DNA of 49,968 bases, from contig JADYZD010000234.1 in the NCBI GenBank assembly GCA_020853295.1, forward strand, positions 1-49,968, in the 5' to 3' direction. Positions within the stretch are counted from its first letter, which is position 1, and each line of letters starts with the position of its first letter. Both the position numbers and the translations under genes were made by a program. Source of the stretch: Bacteroidia bacterium. Lineage in GTDB: Bacteria > Bacteroidota > Bacteroidia > NS11-12g > UBA955. The notes below the pieces were generated by a model, which searched no databases, was not told the origin of the DNA, and worked only from the letters and a program-made list of their open reading frames with translations. Of this stretch, positions 43,476 through 49,968 are shown one piece after another.

Positions 43476-44267
43476 TTGATTTTACCTGAGGATACCCCAA
43501 CAACATGCTTTACCTTGTTTGAAAAAACAACCCAGCACTTGCATGTACCTCCGTTATTAAACAATCCTTTTAAGGTCAAACCATCAGACTTGTGTTTGAT
43601 TGCCGCGTCTCAACTTCAGGATATGCTCACCCACCAACAAATATGGGTTCACAATTTTGGGCTCAATCCCGCCATGGACGGACCCATTATTGGCAAAATG
43701 TTTGGTGTTTTGGTGGTTAAAAACACAAAAGGAGAATTGGGTTATTTATCTGCTTTTTCGGGCAAAATGGCCGGTGTATTTCACTTACCAGGCTTTGTAC
43801 CTCCGATTTACGATTACTTGCACGAAAACAGTTTTTTAAACATTGGCATGCAAAAGCTAAACCTTATGAATGCACGGATAAAAGAATTAAACGCCAGCTC
43901 TAATACAAAAAACGAAGCATTGATTTTGGATTTAAAAACAAGCAGAAAAACACTGTCGGCATCGCTGCAACAAGAAATTTTTGACAACCATGTTTTCACC
44001 AATAGCAGGGGTGAACAAACCAGCATGATGGGCATTTTTGAACTTGAAGGTTATAAAAACCCACCTGCAGGTGCAGGAGAATGCGCGGCTCCAAAACTGT
44101 TCCAATATGCCTTTTTAAACAATTACACACCCATAGCCATTTCAGAGTTTTGGTGGGGTGTATCACCCAAATCCGACCATTGGAAACACAAGGAATTCTA
44201 TCCTGCTTGTAATGAAAAATGCAAGCCCATACTGGGTTACATGCTGCAAAACATCCCACTTGAATAG
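43476..44267 (+). CDS. conserved hypothetical protein; resembles the N-terminal non-catalytic region of long RluA-type pseudouridine synthases
   Basis: GKMFGVLVVKNTKGELGYLSAFSGKMAG... and ...GAGECAAPKLFQYA...CNEKCKPILGYML motifs, assigned from memory of the family. The start is uncertain: TTG at 43476, first ATG 50 codons later. Confidence 0.35.
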   Translation: MILPEDTPTTCFTLFEKTTQHLHVPPLLNNPFKVKPSDLCLIAASQLQDMLTHQQIWVHNFGLNPAMDGPIIGKMFGVLVVKNTKGELGYLSAFSGKMAGVFHLPGFVPPIYDYLHENSFLNIGMQKLNLMNARIKELNASSNTKNEALILDLKTSRKTLSASLQQEIFDNHVFTNSRGEQTSMMGIFELEGYKNPPAGAGECAAPKLFQYAFLNNYTPIAISEFWWGVSPKSDHWKHKEFYPACNEKCKPILGYMLQNIPLE

Positions 44268-44359
44268 CTTTGGCGGCCCTCACTTCGTTCGGGCCTCACC
44301 CCACCCTATTATTCCCACATTGCGTTTATAACTCCTGCATTTCACTCGCATTTGTTCAG

Positions 44360-44367
44360 TAAATTTG
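44360..44367 (+). promoter_or_regulatory. Bacteroidota -7 promoter box (TAAATTTG)
   Basis: Consensus TAnnTTTG ending 8 nt before the ATG at 44375, which implies a very short or absent leader. Confidence 0.3.
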
Positions 44368-44374
44368 CGCTTGA

Positions 44375-47065
44375 ATGTCAAAAATTCGTATAGGAATATT
44401 TTTTGGCGGTGCCAGCAGAGAACGCGAGGTATCCTTTGCCGGTGGACGCACTGTTTACGACAATCTCAATAAAGAACTGTTTGAAGCAGTCCCCTTTTTT
44501 ATAGATCCTTTTGGTACTTTTATTAAAACCGATTGGCAATTTATTTACAAAGGCAGCATTCGCGATTTCTATCCTCCTGCAGCCTTCTTGCCCGATTTGC
44601 CCCATGGCTTTCAGATTTATGCCGAAAGCTTGAATCCAGATAAAGACGCCCAAAAAGCCATGGCAAACGCCATTGGTACTATTGTTCCTGCTGAAGAAAT
44701 TTCACAATATATCGATTTCGCTTTTCTGGCTTTGCATGGTGTCTATGGCGAAGATGGCAGCATACAAGGACTCATGGAATGGTTGCAAATCCCATATAGC
44801 GGTTCAGGAATTTTTGCCAGTGCCTTGGGCATGAACAAGGCCCGCCAAAAAGACTTTCAGGAACGCGCAGGTTTGTACGTAAACCACTACCAAATTGTTC
44901 GCAGAAACGATTGGGTAAATACCGATGAAGACAGCAAACACCGCATATTCCGCTTTGCCAATGTAGAATTTAAGGAGCAATTTGTAGTAAAACCTGCCAA
45001 CCAAGGCAGCTCCCTTGGTGTGTCTGTCTTAAAACACCCCAATTACCGGGAATTTGAATCGGCCATGGACTTGGCTTTCTTTAGAAAAAAAGTGTATGCC
45101 GATGAATGGAACAACTTGTCTGAAGATGAAAAAGTATCCTTTATCAAGCAGAATTGCGATATCAGAAGCGGACTGGGATTGCCAGTTACTGCAAACGGTA
45201 CTCAAATTTTCTTGCCGCATGTTCTCTTGGATTTTCTCAATTCTGAATTGCAAATTCAGGATGAAGTGTTTTTAGAAGCACCAGAAAATGAGATTGAAAT
45301 TGTACTCGAAGAATTTTTAGAGGGCCGCGAATTCAGTTGCATTGTTTTGCGCGATGAGAAAGGCAATCCAGTTGCCCTGCCCCCTACTGCCATTATTAAA
45401 AAGACCGACCTTTTTGATTACCGCAGCAAATACCTCCCTGGTTTAAGTCAAAAAGAAACGCCCATTCAAGCCAATGATGAAATTGTAATGGACATCCGAG
45501 ATGCTTGTGTTTCCCTTTTTGAATACTTTGGCTTTAATACTTATGCCCGTATCGATGGCTTTTTGGTGAACGAGAGTGAGATTTTCCTCAACGACCCCAA
45601 TACGACTAGCGGCATGATGCCCAGCAGCTTTTTCTTTCACCAGGCTGCAGAAGTGGGTTTAAATCCCTCTCAATTTCTCACTTTTATCATCCATCAAAGT
45701 TTGCGTGAACGCATACTCACCCATACTTTTTCGGGCAAATACCATAAAATACTTGCCAGTTTAGACGAAAACTTGTCGGTAGATATTGCCGAAAAGCCAC
45801 AGAAAAAACGCATTGCTGTTATTATGGGTGGTTACAGTTTCGAACGGCATATTTCTATGGAAAGTGGCCGCAACATTTACGAAAAACTCAGCAGCAGCAG
45901 CGAGTTTGAACCCATACCCTTATTTCTTACTGGCAGCGCCGACAATTTGCAGTTGTACAAACTCCCTGTAAACTTTATGCTTAAAGACAATGCCGATGAT
46001 ATTCGTGAAAAAATTGAGCATTACAGGGAGAATGAAATGCTCAATACTTGTATTGAAGAAGCCGCTGAAATTACTGCAAAATACAATCCCACTGGGGCCA
46101 TTTTTAAACCAGAACGCATTCCTTTTTCTGAACTTCCAAGCATTTGCGAAGGGGTATTTATTGCCCTTCACGGTCGCCCAGGCGAAGACGGAACCTTGCA
46201 AAAGGAATTGGTAAAATTAGGCCTTTATTACAATGGCAGCGAAGCTTCGAGTGCTGGAATCACCATCAATAAGTATGTTACCAATGAGATGCTGAGGGAA
46301 GCTGGCTTTTTGGTTGCCGATCATTTGATGCTCGAAAAAGACAAGTGGTTGGCCAATTCAGCTGGTATGGAACAAGAAATCATCTCCAGATTCGGATTGC
46401 CACTTATTGCCAAACCTGCTGATGATGGCTGCAGCGCCGCTGTGCGCAAAGTAAAATCGCCTGCAGAATTGCACCATTTTATTGAGGCTATTTTTAGGAG
46501 TGAAAACAAACCTACTGCTACAATGCAACAAAACTTGGGACTCCTGCCCAATGAAGAGTTTCCTGCAAAATCGGAACTGCTGATCGAAAAATTCATAGAA
46601 AAAGGCGCAGCCACAAGGTTCTTAGAAGTTACTGGGGGCATGCTTTGCCACCGCATTGCAGATGGATCTTGTGAATATGAAGTATTTGAACCCAGCGAAT
46701 CGTTGGCTGAAACAGAAATCTTAAGTCTAGAAGAAAAATTCCTGGCCGGAGAAGGTCAAAATATCACCCCATCTCGGTTTTCTGCAAATCCTGAGGAACA
46801 GAAAAACATCAGCCAACAAGTGAAAACTACATTTGAAAAGGTGGCACGCACTTTGAATGTTACCGGCTACTGCCGTATTGATGCATTTGTGCGCATATTT
46901 GCAGATGGAACCGTGGAAACCATTATTATTGAAATCAATTCATTGCCTGGCATGACACCCGCTACTTGCATCTACCATCAAGCAGCCATTAATGGTTACA
47001 AGCCTTTTGATTTTATTAGCGAAATTCTCAAATTCGGAAAACAATCTTTAAGCTTACATGCGTAA
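44375..47065 (+). CDS. tandem D-alanine--D-alanine ligase-like (ATP-grasp) fusion protein
   Basis: Two Ddl-type N-termini: MSKIRIGIFFGGASREREVSFAGGRTVY at aa 1 and KKRIAVIMGGYSFERHISMESGRNIY at aa ~477 (nt ~45803). Half 1 has VVKPANQGSSLGVSV but a degenerate LNDPNTTSGM. Half 2 has AKPADDGCSAAV and the canonical EINSLPGMT. Confidence 0.7.
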   Translation: MSKIRIGIFFGGASREREVSFAGGRTVYDNLNKELFEAVPFFIDPFGTFIKTDWQFIYKGSIRDFYPPAAFLPDLPHGFQIYAESLNPDKDAQKAMANAIGTIVPAEEISQYIDFAFLALHGVYGEDGSIQGLMEWLQIPYSGSGIFASALGMNKARQKDFQERAGLYVNHYQIVRRNDWVNTDEDSKHRIFRFANVEFKEQFVVKPANQGSSLGVSVLKHPNYREFESAMDLAFFRKKVYADEWNNLSEDEKVSFIKQNCDIRSGLGLPVTANGTQIFLPHVLLDFLNSELQIQDEVFLEAPENEIEIVLEEFLEGREFSCIVLRDEKGNPVALPPTAIIKKTDLFDYRSKYLPGLSQKETPIQANDEIVMDIRDACVSLFEYFGFNTYARIDGFLVNESEIFLNDPNTTSGMMPSSFFFHQAAEVGLNPSQFLTFIIHQSLRERILTHTFSGKYHKILASLDENLSVDIAEKPQKKRIAVIMGGYSFERHISMESGRNIYEKLSSSSEFEPIPLFLTGSADNLQLYKLPVNFMLKDNADDIREKIEHYRENEMLNTCIEEAAEITAKYNPTGAIFKPERIPFSELPSICEGVFIALHGRPGEDGTLQKELVKLGLYYNGSEASSAGITINKYVTNEMLREAGFLVADHLMLEKDKWLANSAGMEQEIISRFGLPLIAKPADDGCSAAVRKVKSPAELHHFIEAIFRSENKPTATMQQNLGLLPNEEFPAKSELLIEKFIEKGAATRFLEVTGGMLCHRIADGSCEYEVFEPSESLAETEILSLEEKFLAGEGQNITPSRFSANPEEQKNISQQVKTTFEKVARTLNVTGYCRIDAFVRIFADGTVETIIIEINSLPGMTPATCIYHQAAINGYKPFDFISEILKFGKQSLSLHA

Positions 47066-47669
47066 AAATCTGTTCATCAATATTGCACTCATATTTGTAG
47101 CATTATTCTTGTTTCTTTGGCTGGTTTTTATGGGTATGGGCATTTATACCCGCCACAACCAATCGGTTACAGTGCCCAATTTAAAGGGGGTAAAACTCGA
47201 TGATGCCATAGCCAAGTTGGAAGATGCCAATCTGAGGTACGAAATATTTGATTCTGTTTACAATGCAGATTTTAAAAAAGATGCCATAACAGAGCAAGAT
47301 CCAGAAAGTGGCAATTTGGTAAAACCCGGCAGAATCATTTACCTCTCGGTAAATAGTTTGGCCAAACCCAAAGTAAAAATGCCAAAACTGATTGACCAAA
47401 GTTTTGCTTTGAGCAAAGCGGTATTAAAAAGTGTGGGACTTGAATTGGGAGAAGTTACCTTTAAATACGATGAAATTGGAAACAATCTGGTAATGGAACA
47501 ATTGTACAATGGCAGCAGCATTCCTCCTGGCCGTCAAATAGAAAAAGGCTCTAAAATAGATTTGGTAGTGGCCACCAACCGCAGGGCTGGCGGAGAACCC
47601 ACAAGCGATTCTACTGACATACCAATGCCCATAGACGAGGCCGTTCCAAACGATGAAATCAATCCATAA
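47058..47669 (+). CDS. PASTA domain-containing membrane protein
   Basis: N-terminal TM segment, then two PASTA-like units (VTVPNLKGVKLDDAIAKLEDANLRYEI..., KVKMPKLIDQSFALSKAVLKSVGLELGEV...). It overlaps the ddl-like stop by 8 nt. Confidence 0.75.
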   Translation: MRKNLFINIALIFVALFLFLWLVFMGMGIYTRHNQSVTVPNLKGVKLDDAIAKLEDANLRYEIFDSVYNADFKKDAITEQDPESGNLVKPGRIIYLSVNSLAKPKVKMPKLIDQSFALSKAVLKSVGLELGEVTFKYDEIGNNLVMEQLYNGSSIPPGRQIEKGSKIDLVVATNRRAGGEPTSDSTDIPMPIDEAVPNDEINP

Positions 47670-47733
47670 TTTCAAAGATTCTTTACAATTGGCAAACAAT
47701 AATTTCCTTTTAAAACTGTTAGCATTTTCACAC

Positions 47734-49659
47734 ATGAAAAAAACCTTGTTTTGTGCCCTTATTTCTTTGAGTTCCGGTATTGCATTTTGCCAAGGACCTG
47801 TGCTTACTCCATTGGGGCAAAGAACCCAAGCTCCTGCTATTGATTTGCGCACAGCAGCCATCATTACAGATACCCTTGAACTCCCTTTTTTCGATGATTT
47901 TACGGTTGCTGCTGGTTACCCTCTATTAAACAGGTGGACAGACAATCAAGTTTGGATTAACAATACATTTCCAGTAAATCAGCCCAATTACAATGTGGCT
48001 ACATTCGACCACTTAAATCAATACGGCGCACCCTATACTACCTTAAATAAAAACACTTCTGTATATGCTGATAGCCTCACCAGTATTCCCATAAAACTCG
48101 ATTTCTTTAAAACGGGTCCATCTACTACCCAAAATTATACCATTACCGATAGTATTTTTCTTTCATTCTTTGTAGAAATGAACGGCTTGGGAGATGCACC
48201 AGAGGCTGAAGATTCATTGATTTTGTTTTTTCTGGACAATGCTGGTAAATGGCAGCGCATGTGGAATAAAACTGGAAGTGCTGTAAATAAATTTGATTTG
48301 ATTTTGGTGCCTGTAAATGAATTTGAATTCTTACACAATGCCTTCCAATTTCGATTTGTAAATTTCACCCGTTCCACTGGCAATTTAAACCATTGGCATA
48401 TCGATTATGTGCGCTTGGAAAAATACAAAAAACGCACCGGTGGTTTTGATGTTTTTAATATTAAAGATGTGGCCATTACCACTCCGGATTATAGCTTTCT
48501 CAAATATTACCACAGCATGCCTTACAGCCATTACAAGGCAGATGTAAGTGGACAAACCAATGCCAGCAATACCCTTACTCTAAAAAACCTCGACGCAGGC
48601 GGCACATTACCCGTTCAAACCCGGTTTGCCATGCAAGTGCGCAACCAATACAACACCCTAGTGTACGATTTTCCTTTTGCTGCAAATAGCCAGAATGTGA
48701 GCAAAGACCAACCTGCGGTAATCAATTATCCCAGCATTCAAATGGATACTTTTTCGGGTGCCAATCCTTGCTTTACGGTGAAATACCTTACCATTCCCCA
48801 AAGCAATGATGGTACGCCTGATGCCTACAATACCAGCAGCGACAACAATACCATTACCGTAAACCATTGCTTCAATCCATGGTATGCTTACGATGATGGT
48901 TCTGCAGAAGGTGGCTTTGGTTTGGATTATGCATTTCTCGGAAATATCAAAGGGCAATTTGCCATGAAATTTGAGAATGTAAAAAAAGACAGCCTGCGAG
49001 GTTTGGCCATTTATTTTAATAGAAGCGAAAGCGATGTAGCGTTTCGCAGTTTCTATCTCAGAATATGGAAATCCCTTTCCCCTATTGGCCAACCCGATAA
49101 TAAAGATGAATTGATTTATGAAAAATATGTGTCAAAACCGAGTTATACCGATAGTATCAACCATTTCTCTTACATTTTTTTCGACACCACTTTAATTTTA
49201 GATGCCGGTACTTTTTATTGCGGTTGGCGCCAAAACCAACCCTATATTTTGAACGTGGGTTACGACAACAATTACCGCTATTTGGGACAAGATGCAGGCA
49301 ACCCCAATTTGTTCCACAACCTACTCGGACAATGGGAACGCAGCGATGCAGGCATCAAAGGAACACCCATGATTCGTCCTTTATTGGGTAAGAATATCGA
49401 CTATACTTTTAGCACTGAAAAAATCAGCCAAAACAAAACCCAAATATTTCCAAATCCTGCACAAAATATCGTAAATTTTAAATCCAATACCGCCATTTCC
49501 AAATTACAGATATTTGATTTTTCTGGTCGTTTGTTATTCGAAAAAAACCAGCCTGGAAATGATTTGGACATTGCATTTTTAAAAGCAGGAACCTATGTGT
49601 TTTCATTGACCAATGTGGCCGGAGAAACCACAAATACCGCCATCATAAAACAACAATAA
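47734..49659 (+). CDS. T9SS type A sorting-domain (Por secretion tail) secreted protein
   Basis: The ATG at 47734 gives signal peptide MKKTLFCALISLSSGIAFCQ. The C-terminus is IFPNPAQNIVNFKSNTAISKLQIFDFSGRLLFEK......LKAGTYVFSLTNVAGETTNTAIIKQ. Confidence 0.8.
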   Translation: MKKTLFCALISLSSGIAFCQGPVLTPLGQRTQAPAIDLRTAAIITDTLELPFFDDFTVAAGYPLLNRWTDNQVWINNTFPVNQPNYNVATFDHLNQYGAPYTTLNKNTSVYADSLTSIPIKLDFFKTGPSTTQNYTITDSIFLSFFVEMNGLGDAPEAEDSLILFFLDNAGKWQRMWNKTGSAVNKFDLILVPVNEFEFLHNAFQFRFVNFTRSTGNLNHWHIDYVRLEKYKKRTGGFDVFNIKDVAITTPDYSFLKYYHSMPYSHYKADVSGQTNASNTLTLKNLDAGGTLPVQTRFAMQVRNQYNTLVYDFPFAANSQNVSKDQPAVINYPSIQMDTFSGANPCFTVKYLTIPQSNDGTPDAYNTSSDNNTITVNHCFNPWYAYDDGSAEGGFGLDYAFLGNIKGQFAMKFENVKKDSLRGLAIYFNRSESDVAFRSFYLRIWKSLSPIGQPDNKDELIYEKYVSKPSYTDSINHFSYIFFDTTLILDAGTFYCGWRQNQPYILNVGYDNNYRYLGQDAGNPNLFHNLLGQWERSDAGIKGTPMIRPLLGKNIDYTFSTEKISQNKTQIFPNPAQNIVNFKSNTAISKLQIFDFSGRLLFEKNQPGNDLDIAFLKAGTYVFSLTNVAGETTNTAIIKQQ

Positions 49660-49663
49660 CCGC

Positions 49664-49966
49664 ATGCAAGACATTACCTCAATAGAATTAAAATCCCGAT
49701 TGGACCAAGGTGAAAACATCCTCATTATCGATGTTAGGGAACCTTATGAATTTGAAGAATACAATTTGGGTGGAAAATTAATCCCCCTGGGCACTTTACC
49801 TGAACAAATAGATGAATTGGAAGACTATAAAAATTCAGAAATTGTGGTGCATTGCCGTTCAGGTATGCGCAGCGCTTCGGCCAAAGCTTTTCTAGAACAA
49901 CATGGTTTTACCCAAGTGCGCAATTTATTGGGTGGGGCTATGGATTTCCAAGCCAATTTTGGTTAA
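49664..49966 (+). CDS. rhodanese-like sulfurtransferase domain protein
   Basis: 100 aa with the active-site loop HCRSGMRSASA. Stop at 49964-49966. Confidence 0.8.
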   Translation: MQDITSIELKSRLDQGENILIIDVREPYEFEEYNLGGKLIPLGTLPEQIDELEDYKNSEIVVHCRSGMRSASAKAFLEQHGFTQVRNLLGGAMDFQANFG

Positions 49967-49968
49967 AA

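Noticed and set aside
43052-43506. Short minus-strand ORFs (43052..43330, 43288..43506) near the start of the 41793..43364 gene
   Set aside because: These are out-of-frame overlaps with the Pro/Gln-rich N-terminal coding region or with the divergent promoter region. No support.
1-49968. CRISPR arrays, IS elements, integrases or prophage borders (including next to the tRNA at 34172..34245)
   Set aside because: No regularly spaced direct repeats and no transposase- or integrase-like ORFs were seen. The tRNA is flanked by ordinary housekeeping genes.

Overview
This window looks like a Bacteroidota chromosome segment. Supporting signs are type A and type B T9SS sorting domains, DUF5683 and DUF3078 genes, TAnnTTTG promoter boxes, no Shine-Dalgarno signals and roughly 40% GC.

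The left 20 kb is the part worth attention. It is the distal end of an extracellular contractile injection system (eCIS; Afp/PVC/AlgoCIS-like phage-tail particle) locus, cut by the window edge. It contains two baseplate-class genes of more than 1000 aa, a tape-measure protein and a single-domain AAA+ ATPase.

Next comes one uninterrupted 10,257-nt ORF (3418 aa). It reads as two complete DUF4157-led effector modules fused in frame. Each module has a conserved leader motif, CxxC pairs, an HExxH DUF4157 core, a long uncharacterised region, glycine-zipper hydrophobic hairpins, a Pro-rich linker, a recurring CxxxC motif and a nuclease-type toxin domain. The toxin domains are a PD-(D/E)xK fold in module 1, and a papain-like domain plus a C-terminal His-Me finger nuclease in module 2. 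A small acidic YbjN/T3SS-chaperone-like ORF follows directly and is a candidate immunity protein or loading chaperone.

The remaining 30 kb is ordinary core genome:
- mscL, a DUF3078 porin-like protein, a peptide-type SBP and a UPF0173 hydrolase
- parA-parB-DUF5683
- a BI-1 family protein, a GT9 glycosyltransferase, tRNA(CAU), pdxA and pepA
- three T9SS cargo proteins
- an unusual tandem Ddl-Ddl fusion, a PASTA protein and a rhodanese

All functional calls rest on motifs read by eye and on synteny. No database search was possible.
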